Positions 18,711 to 27,683 of a stretch of DNA of 60,247 nucleotides are shown piece after piece. The translations under genes and the position numbers were made by a program. Source of the DNA: Actinomycetes bacterium (lineage in GTDB: Bacteria > Actinomycetota > Acidimicrobiia > IMCC26256 > PALSA-610); contig JAODBI010000317.1 in NCBI GenBank assembly GCA_025463875.1, positions 1-60,247 on the forward strand, read 5' to 3'. The notes under the pieces were generated by a model. That model was given only the letters and a program-made list of their open reading frames with translations, did not search any database and was not told the DNA's origin. Every line of letters starts with the position of its first letter. The first letter of the stretch is position 1.

Positions 18711-20204
18711 TTGGCGCCCAAACCGTCGGCGGTGGGAGACTCGGTCGTGGGCTCATTCCGCTTGCGTGCTGTCGGTGTTTTCGTCGCAGTAGTTGTCGCG
18801 ACTGCAGGTACGGCGTTCCTGAACGTTCGCCGGCTGGCGGCTGCCCAGACGAGCGCGTCTCAGGGTTCGCCGAAACGGCCGATGGGCGCGCTGCGGCACG
18901 ACGGCCGGTGGTTCACGGATGCGACCGGTCGCGTCGTGATGCTGCGGGGCATGAACTTCGTCGAGAAGTGGGCGCCGTTCACGCCCGCGGCCGACGGCTT
19001 CAACGAGGACGACGCCGCGCTGCTCGCGGCCAACGGGTTCAACACGCTGCGGCTCGGGGTTCCGTTCGAGTTCCTGATGCCCACCCCCGGTCACATCGAC
19101 CGCGCGTACCTCGCGTCGATCGCGAAAACGGTACGCATCCTCGGTAGCTACAACATCTACGTGCTGCTCGATTTCCACCAGGACGGTTGGGGTCCGGTCA
19201 CCCATGGAAACGGCATGCCGGCCTGGGCGACCTACACCGACGGCCTCCCGAATCCGCCGGACCCGTTCCCGACCTACTACGTCACGAACCGTGCGTTGCA
19301 ACGCGCGTTCGACAACTTCTGGGCCAACCGGCCGGGGCCCAATGGCGTTCCGCTCCAGACTTACTACGCCAACGGCATGGCCGCCGTCGCCAAGACGTTC
19401 GCGGCAACTGGCAACGTCCTCGGCTACGAGGCCATGAACGAACCGTGGCCCGGTACGAACTGGTCAGCGTGCTTCACCGGCTGCCCCGCACTCGAGAAAC
19501 AGCTACTCGCGCCGTTTCATGCGCGCATGACCGCGGCCGTCCGCGCGGTCGACCACCGTCATCCGGTGTTCGTCGAACCCTTCGTGTTGTTCAACTTCGG
19601 CAGCGCAGACACGTCGCTTCCGGGGACGGGCTCGAGAGACGTGCTGTCGACTCACGTGTACGCAGGGAACGCGCAAGCAGACGCGTCGGTGATGGACCGC
19701 AGCGTGGCGGCGGCGACGCGCGACGGCGCGGCCCTGCTCGTCACCGAGTGGGGGGCGACGAACGATCCCGCGACCATCACGCGCACCGAGGATCAGTTCG
19801 ATGCTCGCCTCGTGCCGTGGCTGTTCTGGTCCTACAACGGACTTGTCGTTGCGGACAGCAACAAACCGCTGGTGCCGCCCAACCTGAATGTCACGACACT
19901 GAACGCGCTCACGCGCCCGTACCCGACTCTCGTGAACGGTACGCCGACCGGGCTCAGCTTCGACAGCACGACCGCAACTCTCGATTTCACCTACTCGACA
20001 CGCCGCCCCGACGGCCACGGCGCGCCCCACGGGCTCGGCACCGCCATCAACGTTCCCCCTCGGAGCTACCCGAGCGGATACGCGGCGAGGGTGGTGGGAG
20101 CGGTCGTCACGTCGCAACCGTGCGCGCACATCCTGACGCTGCGCAATGATCCGACGGCCACGACCGTCTCGGTGCGGGTCACGCCATCGAACACCTGCCG
20201 GTGA
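18711..20204 (+). CDS. secreted glycoside hydrolase family 5 (cellulase / endoglycoceramidase-like)
   Basis: Signal peptide present. It has DFHQDGW, the acid/base motif YEAMNEPWPG and the nucleophile motif LLVTEWGA. The track uses a TTG start; a later GTG is possible. Confidence 0.85.
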   Translation: MAPKPSAVGDSVVGSFRLRAVGVFVAVVVATAGTAFLNVRRLAAAQTSASQGSPKRPMGALRHDGRWFTDATGRVVMLRGMNFVEKWAPFTPAADGFNEDDAALLAANGFNTLRLGVPFEFLMPTPGHIDRAYLASIAKTVRILGSYNIYVLLDFHQDGWGPVTHGNGMPAWATYTDGLPNPPDPFPTYYVTNRALQRAFDNFWANRPGPNGVPLQTYYANGMAAVAKTFAATGNVLGYEAMNEPWPGTNWSACFTGCPALEKQLLAPFHARMTAAVRAVDHRHPVFVEPFVLFNFGSADTSLPGTGSRDVLSTHVYAGNAQADASVMDRSVAAATRDGAALLVTEWGATNDPATITRTEDQFDARLVPWLFWSYNGLVVADSNKPLVPPNLNVTTLNALTRPYPTLVNGTPTGLSFDSTTATLDFTYSTRRPDGHGAPHGLGTAINVPPRSYPSGYAARVVGAVVTSQPCAHILTLRNDPTATTVSVRVTPSNTCR

Positions 20205-20211
20205 GCACGAG

Positions 20212-21366
20212 ATGAAGACCGTGATCACCGAGATGTTCGGCATCGACGTGCCGATCCTCGCCTTCTCGCACTGTCGGGACGTTGTCGCCGCGGTGACCAA
20301 AGCCGGTGGGATGGGTGTGCTCGGCGCGGTCGCGCACTCGCCCGAACACCTCGAGATCGACCTCGAGTGGATCGAGAGCGAGGTCGGCGGTCGACCGTTC
20401 GGCATCGATCTCATCGTGCCGGCCAGGTATGCCGGTTCCGACGAAGGCGGCTACACCCTCGACGACATCCGCCAACTCATCCCGGCCGAGCACATCGCAT
20501 TCGTCGACGACATCCTGCGGCGCTACGAGGTGCCACCGCTCGCCGCCGACGACGACGGGCGCAGCTCGGTGTTGCGGGGCGCGGCGCGCGGCGATGCGGC
20601 CGTTCCGTTCTCGGCGAACCAGGCTGACCCGCTGCTCGAAGTCGCGCTGGCACATCGACCGGCGCTCGTGGTCAACGCGCTCGGTCCGCCGCCCACGCAC
20701 ATGATCGAGCGCGCGAAGCAGGAAGGTCGTCTGATCGGTGCTCTGGCCGGCAAGGCCCAGCACGCCGAGCGGCACGTCAACGCCGGCGTCGACGTGATCA
20801 TCGCCCAGGGCGCGGAAGCCGGCGGCCATACCGGTGAAGTCGGTTCGATGGTGCTCATCCCCGAGATCGTCGACGCGGTCGCGCCCGTGCCCGTGCTCGG
20901 CGCGGGCGGTATCGGGCGCGGCCGGCAGATGGCGGCCGCGATGGCACTCGGCGCGCAGGGTGTGTGGTGCGGGTCGGTGTGGCTCACCACTGAAGAGGCC
21001 GAGACGCACCCGATCGTGAAACAGAAATTCCTCGCGGCGACGTCGTCCGACACGGTGCGCTCGCGTTCGCGCACCGGCAAACCCGCGCGCCAACTGCGTA
21101 CAGCGTGGACCGACGAATGGGAACGAACCGATGGTCCGGGACCGCTGGGGATGCCACTGCAACCGATCCTGGTTGCCGAAGCGCTCGCGCGTATCGACCG
21201 GGCCGCGTATCGACCGGGTTCCGGTGCCGAGCAGTTGACCAACTACTTCGTTGGCCAGATCGTCGGCACGATGAACGAGACGAAGACGGCCGCGCAGGTG
21301 GTGTACGACATCATCGACGAGTACATCGACGCCGTGCAGTCGCTTGGTACGCAACTCGAAGACTGA
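20212..21366 (+). CDS. nitronate monooxygenase (NMO / 2-nitropropane dioxygenase family)
   Basis: The ATG at 20212 gives MKTVITEMFGIDVPILAFSH...AGGMGVLG and a later IAQGAEAGGHTG motif, consistent with the FMN-dependent NMO family. Confidence 0.85.
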   Translation: MKTVITEMFGIDVPILAFSHCRDVVAAVTKAGGMGVLGAVAHSPEHLEIDLEWIESEVGGRPFGIDLIVPARYAGSDEGGYTLDDIRQLIPAEHIAFVDDILRRYEVPPLAADDDGRSSVLRGAARGDAAVPFSANQADPLLEVALAHRPALVVNALGPPPTHMIERAKQEGRLIGALAGKAQHAERHVNAGVDVIIAQGAEAGGHTGEVGSMVLIPEIVDAVAPVPVLGAGGIGRGRQMAAAMALGAQGVWCGSVWLTTEEAETHPIVKQKFLAATSSDTVRSRSRTGKPARQLRTAWTDEWERTDGPGPLGMPLQPILVAEALARIDRAAYRPGSGAEQLTNYFVGQIVGTMNETKTAAQVVYDIIDEYIDAVQSLGTQLED

Positions 21367-21500
21367 CGGGCTGAGAGGAACGCCGAGTCCGGGAACTCAG
21401 TGCCGCGGCGGCTCGATGGGCGGAACGCCACTCAACCGACCCGTCGTCGGCGGCACTTCCCCCTGAGCTGGGCCGCTGACTGCGCGGCGAGCGGGAACGG

Positions 21501-23492
21501 TTATCGCCCGTCTGCGTCCACCGGAGTGATGTCGACTTCGAGGCCCGAGACGCGCGGCATCGCGGTGAGTTGGTCGATGCCGGTGTCGCCACTCGTGAGG
21601 TTGCCGGGGTTCGCGTCGGGATGGCCGTGGGTCATCGAGACAACTCCCGCGCGCACCGTCGGGTCCGCCGCGAACGCGGTCGTGATTGCACCGTGTTCCG
21701 TCGCCACTGTGACGCGACCGTCCGCGGGCGCGTTCATGCGCACCACCGGGCCGGGCGCGATCGCGCCGTACGCGATCGAGTTGCTCCAGGGCATCTCGCG
21801 CCGGGGCGCGAGCACGAACTCGGCCGGCTCGGGATCGCTGTACGCGGCGAGGCGTTCGAGCAGCAGGGCCGGCGCGATCGTCCATCGCCCGTCGGGCAGG
21901 AGCTCTTCGTGCACCCATCCGTGCTCAACGGGCGTCGCGATACCGCGCGGTCCGGCCGCGAACACGTCGTCGGCGTCGAGCCGCGAGTGCGCGAGGACAC
22001 CGCGCAGATAGTCCTCGTCGCGCAGGTTGTCGGGATCGAGCGCGCCGGTCGCCTCCCGGTCCATCGCACGAGTCAGGGCCGCGAACATCCACCAGACCGG
22101 ACGCCGCTCCGCCGCGGCCTCGACGATCGGCCGCGTCGCCTGTAGGCCGGAGCGCAGCGCGGTCAGCTCGTGCAGCGTGATGTCGGCCCGTTCGAGCTGG
22201 CCCGTCGCCGGCATCACGTGCGTTGCGATCTCGGTAAGCGGGCTTTCCACGACATCGACCACTGCGAGCACGTCGAGCGTCTTCAGGGCGGCAACGAGTC
22301 GGGCCGGCTGCGGGAACGCAGTAAGGGGATTTCCACCGGTGACGAAGAGCGCGCGGATGTTGCCCGCTTCGATCTCGTCGACGAGCGCGACCGCCGGGAC
22401 CTGCCCCAGGACGCGCGGAAGTTCGGGCCGCGTCTTCGACGCGGGAACATCCGGCGCGCCCGCGCGAGAGCGTCTCCGCCGGAGGCGTTGGACCGCTCCA
22501 CGGTGGAACTGCATGCCGCCCGCGCGATCGAGCGAGCCCGACGCGATGAGAATCACCCAGCGCAACCATTCCGCGAGGACGCCGTCGCGCGACATCGTCA
22601 CGCCGGTACCGCAATGCATTGCGACGCGTCCGCGGTGGGCGCGGATGTCGGCGACGAGCGCGTCGAGCAGCGCGCGGTCGACATCGGCGACCCCCGCGGC
22701 CCGCTCGACGGTGAACCCGGCGAGCGCGGCGCGCAGCGCGGCCACCTCGGTGGCGTCGCAATGGTCGCGGAGCTCGCTCTCGTCGGCGCCGTCGTCGAGC
22801 AGCGCGTTCGCCACCGCCGCGAGCACGGCGACGTCGGCACCGGGGCGGACGGCCACGTGGGCGTCGGACCCCGCTGCCGTTTCCGTGCGGCGGGGATCGA
22901 GCACCCAGACGCGCCCACCTCGGGCGCGGTACTCGCGGAGATGGCGAATCGGATCCGCCAGCGCGGTGCCGTACCCATGCGACACGACGGGGTTCGTGCC
23001 GACGAAGATCGCGACGCCCGGGACGCTCGGATCCCACACCGGGTTCAACATCGGTTGGCCACTCACGAGCTCGGCGGCGACGAGCACGGGCGCGTTGTCG
23101 ACCGTGACCGCGGTCAGGAAGGACCGACTCCCGATCGACGGGAGCCACTGGCTCGCCGCGATCTGACCGGCCGCGTCGTACGCGAGACCGGTTGCCAGGT
23201 AGAGCGCGACCGCGTCGGGGCCATCGCCGTCGATGACGGCGTCGACGCGTTGCGCGAGGTCGGCGAGCAGCTCGGACCAAGTCACGGTGCGGCCGTGCAG
23301 ACGCGGATGATCGAGGCGTAGGTGCGAGTGGTGCCAGGCCGCGAGGCCGCGTCCCTTCGAGCACACGTAGCCGCGCGACACCGGGTGGTCGTCGTCGCCG
23401 CGCACGCGCACGACGCGGTCGCCGTCGACGGTCACGACGATGCCGCACGCGGCCGCGCAGATCCGGCAGTAGGAAAGCTCGTCGCGCGGCAC
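21501..23492 (-). CDS. molybdopterin-dependent oxidoreductase (formate/nitrate-reductase-like catalytic subunit family)
   Basis: 663 aa. The N-terminal 4Fe-4S motif is YCRICAAACG...VCSKGRG. Length and composition are typical of the molybdopterin oxidoreductase family, and the C-terminal region matches the molybdopterin dinucleotide-binding pattern. Confidence 0.85.
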   Translation of the reverse strand: MPRDELSYCRICAAACGIVVTVDGDRVVRVRGDDDHPVSRGYVCSKGRGLAAWHHSHLRLDHPRLHGRTVTWSELLADLAQRVDAVIDGDGPDAVALYLATGLAYDAAGQIAASQWLPSIGSRSFLTAVTVDNAPVLVAAELVSGQPMLNPVWDPSVPGVAIFVGTNPVVSHGYGTALADPIRHLREYRARGGRVWVLDPRRTETAAGSDAHVAVRPGADVAVLAAVANALLDDGADESELRDHCDATEVAALRAALAGFTVERAAGVADVDRALLDALVADIRAHRGRVAMHCGTGVTMSRDGVLAEWLRWVILIASGSLDRAGGMQFHRGAVQRLRRRRSRAGAPDVPASKTRPELPRVLGQVPAVALVDEIEAGNIRALFVTGGNPLTAFPQPARLVAALKTLDVLAVVDVVESPLTEIATHVMPATGQLERADITLHELTALRSGLQATRPIVEAAAERRPVWWMFAALTRAMDREATGALDPDNLRDEDYLRGVLAHSRLDADDVFAAGPRGIATPVEHGWVHEELLPDGRWTIAPALLLERLAAYSDPEPAEFVLAPRREMPWSNSIAYGAIAPGPVVRMNAPADGRVTVATEHGAITTAFAADPTVRAGVVSMTHGHPDANPGNLTSGDTGIDQLTAMPRVSGLEVDITPVDADGR

Positions 23493-23774
23493 AGCCTCAC
23501 GCTACGACCGCCGTCGACGACCGTGCCGCGGAGTGCTGCCCCAACCCGTGAACCAGTCGCCGTTGGGGAGCACTTGGAAGTCGCCGTGGCTGAGCGACAG
23601 CGTGAAGCAACAACGCTCGCGAAGTGGCGCGCGTCGCGACGCCGGGCGCGCGGGCTCCGTTGTCGAACAAGCTCAACTCCTGTTCGGCATGCGGGCGGAT
23701 GTCGTGCTGTCAGGTGATGCGGCGGCCGCCCGCGTTCGTGAGCGCGACGACGAGCACACCCAGCGCCAACCCGG

Positions 23775-23810
23775 AGAATCGTTCGGAAGATTCGTCGGAA
23801 GATTCGTCGG
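23775..23810. repeat. 3 x 12-bp tandem repeat (agaatcgttcgg / aagattcgtcgg / aagattcgtcgg) in a long non-coding region
   Basis: Read directly from the sequence. It lies inside the ~470-bp gap between the divergent molybdoenzyme and ArsR-family genes. Confidence 0.8.
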
Positions 23811-23935
23811 GACGGCCCGGCGCGTCGCCTCAAGAGGGTCGACTCCGGGTTCCTGTGGAATTGCTGAAAGCCTCCGAGGCGCCGGCCCGGGCCGGACCGA
23901 CAGGCCGCGGCCGACCTGCTGCCTGCGCTTCAGGG

Positions 23936-23965
23936 TTGACAGGTCACCATTCAGTTACATATCCT
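23936..23965 (+). promoter_or_regulatory. candidate promoter of the ArsR-SRPBCC gene (TTGACA -35; TATCCT as TANNNT-type -10)
   Basis: TTGACA lies at 23936-23941, followed by an 18-nt spacer and TATCCT at 23960-23965. That would put the transcript start at or just inside the annotated GTG (a second in-frame GTG is at 23973), suggesting a leaderless mRNA. This is a motif match only. Confidence 0.25.
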
Positions 23966-23966
23966 G

Positions 23967-24755
23967 GTGCTTGTGGACGAAGTCTTCCGGGCCCTGGCTG
24001 ATCCGACCCGGCGCAGCCTGCTCGACGCGCTGTTCCGCAAGGACGGGCAGACGTTGGGTGCGCTCGTCGAGCGGTATCCGATGACCCGTATCGGCGTCAT
24101 GAAGCACCTCAAGGTGCTCGAGGACGCCGGCCTCGTGGTCACCAATCGGCGCGGCCGGGAGAAGCTCCACTTCCTCAACCCGATCCCCATCCGCCGGTTG
24201 CACGACCGCTGGATCGACAAGTTCACCGAGCCCTGGGCCGCCGCGCTCACCGACCTCAAAGAAGAACTGGAGAACCCGATGGAACCGAAGAAGATGGAAA
24301 AGGTCTTCGAGATCTACATCCGCACGACGCCCGAACGGTTGTGGGACGCGATCACCGACACCGAGACGCGCAGCAAGTTCCAGTTCGGAGCGCGGATCAA
24401 CTCCGAATGGACTCCGGGGAGCACGTACGCAGTCACGACCGGTACGGATGCGGCCGGCACGGACGCGATGCCGCTCGTGGAAGGTGAGAACCTCGAAGTC
24501 GACCCGCCCCGCCGGCTCGTACAGACGGCGCGCATGCTGTGGGGCGACGACGTGAGGGCCGAGGGGACGTCGCGCGTGACGTGGGAGATCGAACCGGTCG
24601 GCGACTCGTGCCGGCTCACGGTGACGCACTCCGAGCTCAACGAGAACGCCAACGACCAGCTCTACGGCGGCTGGCCGATGATCCTCTCCGGTCTCAAGAC
24701 CTGGATCGAGACGGAGACGGTGCTGACTACTCCGGGCTTGTTGCTGTACGGCTGA
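23967..24755 (+). CDS. ArsR-family transcriptional regulator fused to an SRPBCC/AHSA1-like domain
   Basis: The N-terminal wHTH region reads VFRALADPTRRSLLDAL...LVERYPMTRIGVMKHLKVLEDAGLV. The C-terminal ~150 aa show the Aha1/SRPBCC-like pattern (IRTTPERLWDAITD...). Confidence 0.85.
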   Translation: MLVDEVFRALADPTRRSLLDALFRKDGQTLGALVERYPMTRIGVMKHLKVLEDAGLVVTNRRGREKLHFLNPIPIRRLHDRWIDKFTEPWAAALTDLKEELENPMEPKKMEKVFEIYIRTTPERLWDAITDTETRSKFQFGARINSEWTPGSTYAVTTGTDAAGTDAMPLVEGENLEVDPPRRLVQTARMLWGDDVRAEGTSRVTWEIEPVGDSCRLTVTHSELNENANDQLYGGWPMILSGLKTWIETETVLTTPGLLLYG

Positions 24756-25980
24756 GGCGCGCGGCCTTGGTGGTGAGGTACTGCTGCTCGCGCAGGTTCG
24801 TCGTGCGGGCGGCGGCGGCGCGGAATTCCGTGATCGCGTTCTCGTCGTCGCCCGCGAGCTCGAGCAGGTGCGCGCGCACGGAGTACAGGCGGTGATGATC
24901 GCCGAGCCGCTCGTCGAGACCCTCCAGGATCGCGAGGCCCGCAGCCGGGCTGTCGGCCATCGCGGCCGCGACCGCGCGGTTCAACGTGACCATCGGGTTG
25001 CCCGTCATGCCTTCGAGTAGCTCGTAGAGGGCGAGGATCTCGGACCATTCGGTGTCGGCGTGGCGCTGCGCCTGGTCGTGGACGGCGGCGATCGCGGCCT
25101 GGATCTGGTACTCCCGGATGTTGCCGCGCCGCAACGCCTCGGTGACGAGCGCGACGCCCTCGCCGATCAGCTCGCGGTCCCACAGGTCGCGCCGCTGCTC
25201 GGCGAGGGGCACGAGCTCGCCGCCGGGTCCGGTGCGGGCCGGACGGCGGGCCTCGGTCAGCAGCATCAGTGCGAGCAGACCGAGCACTTCTCCGTCGTCG
25301 GGCAGCGCGGCGCGCACCGCGCGCGTCAGGCGGATGGCTTCGCTCGAGAGATCGGTACGCGTCAGGTCGGGTCCGGTGCTGCTCGCGTAGCCCTCGTTGA
25401 AGAGGAGGTAGAGCACGTGGAGCACCGAGCGCAGGCGCTCCGCGCGTTGGTCCGGCGGGGGGAGCGCGAACGGTTCGTCCGACGCGTTGATCTGCGCCTT
25501 GGCGCGGCTGATGCGCTGCGCCATCGTCGACTCCGAAACGAGAAACGCGTTCGCGATCTCGCGCGTCGTGAGTCCGCCGACCGCGCGCAACGTCAACGGA
25601 ATCGCGGCACCGGGTCTCAGCGCGGGATGGCAGCACATGAACACGAGGATCAGGGTGTCGTCGTCGCTCGGCCCCGGCGCGGCGTCGGGCGCGGCCGTCG
25701 ACCACGACGCGGCGAGGTCCTCGCGCCGGCGCCGGGCGTCGTTGCGGCGGTACTCGTCGACCATGCGGCGCGAGGCGACCCGGACGAGCCACGCGAACGG
25801 GTTGTCGGGCCCGCCTTCGGCCGGCCACTGCGTCGCGGCGAGCAGGAGCGCTTCCTGCACGGCGTCCTCGGCACCGGCGAAGTCGCCGTAGCGCCGGGCC
25901 ACGGCACCGAGGACCCGCGGCGCGAGCTCGCGCAGGCGGCCCTCGGTGGCCGCGTCTTCGGTAGCCCGGTTCCGACTCAC
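24727..25980 (-). CDS. ECF-type RNA polymerase sigma factor with long C-terminal extension
   Basis: Region 2 reads FAWLVRVASRRMVDEYRR and region 4 reads TTREIANAFLVSESTMAQRISRAKAQI. An extra C-terminal domain of ~230 aa is present. It is translationally coupled to the upstream YCII gene. Confidence 0.85.
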   Translation of the reverse strand: MSRNRATEDAATEGRLRELAPRVLGAVARRYGDFAGAEDAVQEALLLAATQWPAEGGPDNPFAWLVRVASRRMVDEYRRNDARRRREDLAASWSTAAPDAAPGPSDDDTLILVFMCCHPALRPGAAIPLTLRAVGGLTTREIANAFLVSESTMAQRISRAKAQINASDEPFALPPPDQRAERLRSVLHVLYLLFNEGYASSTGPDLTRTDLSSEAIRLTRAVRAALPDDGEVLGLLALMLLTEARRPARTGPGGELVPLAEQRRDLWDRELIGEGVALVTEALRRGNIREYQIQAAIAAVHDQAQRHADTEWSEILALYELLEGMTGNPMVTLNRAVAAAMADSPAAGLAILEGLDERLGDHHRLYSVRAHLLELAGDDENAITEFRAAAARTTNLREQQYLTTKAARLSRTATSPE

Positions 25981-26381
25981 ACTTCGGGGTCGGGCGCGCT
26001 CAGCACTTCGCGGACCTCGATCGGCTGCCGGATCGGCAAGCCGTTGGGTCCGGGCGCCGCCGAAGCCTGCGCCGCGATCTCGATGGCACGGGCCGGCGTC
26101 TCGACGTCGATCAACCGGTAGCCGGCGAGCAGTTCCTTCGACTCGGGGTACGGCCCATCGGTGATGACCGGTGCGCCGGTGTCGTCCGAGACGACGAACT
26201 TCGCAACCTCGGGCCCGGCGAGTCCCTGGGCGTCGACGAGCTCACCGCGGGCGGAGAGCTCCTGGTTCAACACGTTCTGGAAGTCGATGTGGGCCTTGAT
26301 GTCGGCCGGCGTCCACTCCGTCATCGGCGCGCAGTGCGACTCGACCTCTCCGTAGTTCTGCAAGAGCATGTAGCGGGGCAT
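25977..26381 (-). CDS. YCII-related (DGPF) domain protein
   Basis: 134 aa reading MPRYMLLQNY...VITDGPYPESKELLAGYRLIDV.... It shows the usual pairing with the long ECF sigma factor immediately downstream (4-nt overlap). Confidence 0.85.
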   Translation of the reverse strand: MPRYMLLQNYGEVESHCAPMTEWTPADIKAHIDFQNVLNQELSARGELVDAQGLAGPEVAKFVVSDDTGAPVITDGPYPESKELLAGYRLIDVETPARAIEIAAQASAAPGPNGLPIRQPIEVREVLSAPDPEV

Positions 26382-26508
26382 GGCTTGATCCTTCCCGGTT
26401 CGGCGACGCTCCGTTGGCGCCGTTCACCCGGATGTCGAAGCCGAGATCGGATTCTCGACGTGCTCGGCGAAATTTTCCGGCGGATTCCCAGCCTGCCAGG
26501 ATGGCGGC

Positions 26509-27681
26509 GTGGCGGACGATCTCGACGTGACCGGCGCCTGGCGCTCGTTCTGCGCCCGGCTCGCCGACGTTGGATCGTCGCTCGAGGGCGAACCCTTCCC
26601 CCAGTCGGATGCGGGTCGGGCGCTCGGGACGCGGCACCTCGCCCGCCAGCTCGTGATGGCGCTGCAAGCCGAGCTCGAGCACGCCGACGCGTCGAACCCG
26701 ACGTTTCACCGGTACGAGGAACCGTGGGTGCAGTGGGGCGGTCCGAATCCCGACAACGCCTACACGCGGGCGCCGATCGATCCCGCGGCCACGTATCGCG
26801 TATTCGGCCATGTCGCGGGTGTGCGGGCCGCGATCTTCTCGTTCGTCGACGGTGACATGCACCTCGGTCGCTACGGCGTCTTCTCGGAGCGGTCACTCGC
26901 TGATCTCGACGTCGACGCGGACGGCTCGCTCGAGCTGTGGATCTCTCCCGAACCACACGACCACAACTGGATCGAGTCGCACGCCGACGCGCACCTGTTC
27001 CTCGTGCGGCAATACCTGTGCGACTGGGAGCACGACCGCGGCGCGCCGTTGACGATCGAACGCGTCGACACGCGTGGAATTCCGTCCCCGCCGCCTGCCG
27101 CGCGGGATCTCGTGGCCGCGCTCGATCGGGCGGCGACGTGGGTCGAACGCTCGACCGCGTACTGGTGCACGTATGTCGAACGCGCGCGCGATTCGCTCCC
27201 GTGCAACGCGGTCGCGCCCCCCGGGACGCCCCGGGGTGGTGCACCGACCATCGCGTACGGCGCGGGGTGGTGGCAGCTCGAAGCCGACGAGGTGCTCGTG
27301 ATCACGACCGACGTTCCCGACGCGGGCTACTGGGGTTGGACCGTGCACCACCGCTACCGGCTCGACTCGGGCGACTTCGCCAACCGGCAGACGAGCCTCA
27401 ATCTCGCGCAGGCGTTCGTCGACCACGACGGACGTATCCGCCTCGTGCTCGCGCATCGTGATCCCGGGGTACCCAACTGGATCGACACCGAGGGTCAGCC
27501 CGAGGGGATGCTCGTGTACCGCTCGGTCGACACGCGCTCGCGACCCGTTCCCCAGTCGGTCGTCGTGTCGTTCGCCGCGGTGCGCGAACACGTGCCTGCT
27601 TCCCATCCCGTCGTCGGTGCGGCCGACCGTCGCAACCAACTCGCGCGGCGCCGGGCCGCGGTGCTCGCGCGCTATCTCTGA
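26509..27681 (+). CDS. conserved hypothetical protein (DUF1214-like; family assignment tentative)
   Basis: 390-aa ORF with normal composition and the motif GGPNPDNAY. It ends 2 nt before the sulfotransferase start. Confidence 0.5.
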   Translation: MADDLDVTGAWRSFCARLADVGSSLEGEPFPQSDAGRALGTRHLARQLVMALQAELEHADASNPTFHRYEEPWVQWGGPNPDNAYTRAPIDPAATYRVFGHVAGVRAAIFSFVDGDMHLGRYGVFSERSLADLDVDADGSLELWISPEPHDHNWIESHADAHLFLVRQYLCDWEHDRGAPLTIERVDTRGIPSPPPAARDLVAALDRAATWVERSTAYWCTYVERARDSLPCNAVAPPGTPRGGAPTIAYGAGWWQLEADEVLVITTDVPDAGYWGWTVHHRYRLDSGDFANRQTSLNLAQAFVDHDGRIRLVLAHRDPGVPNWIDTEGQPEGMLVYRSVDTRSRPVPQSVVVSFAAVREHVPASHPVVGAADRRNQLARRRAAVLARYL

Positions 27682-27683
27682 TC

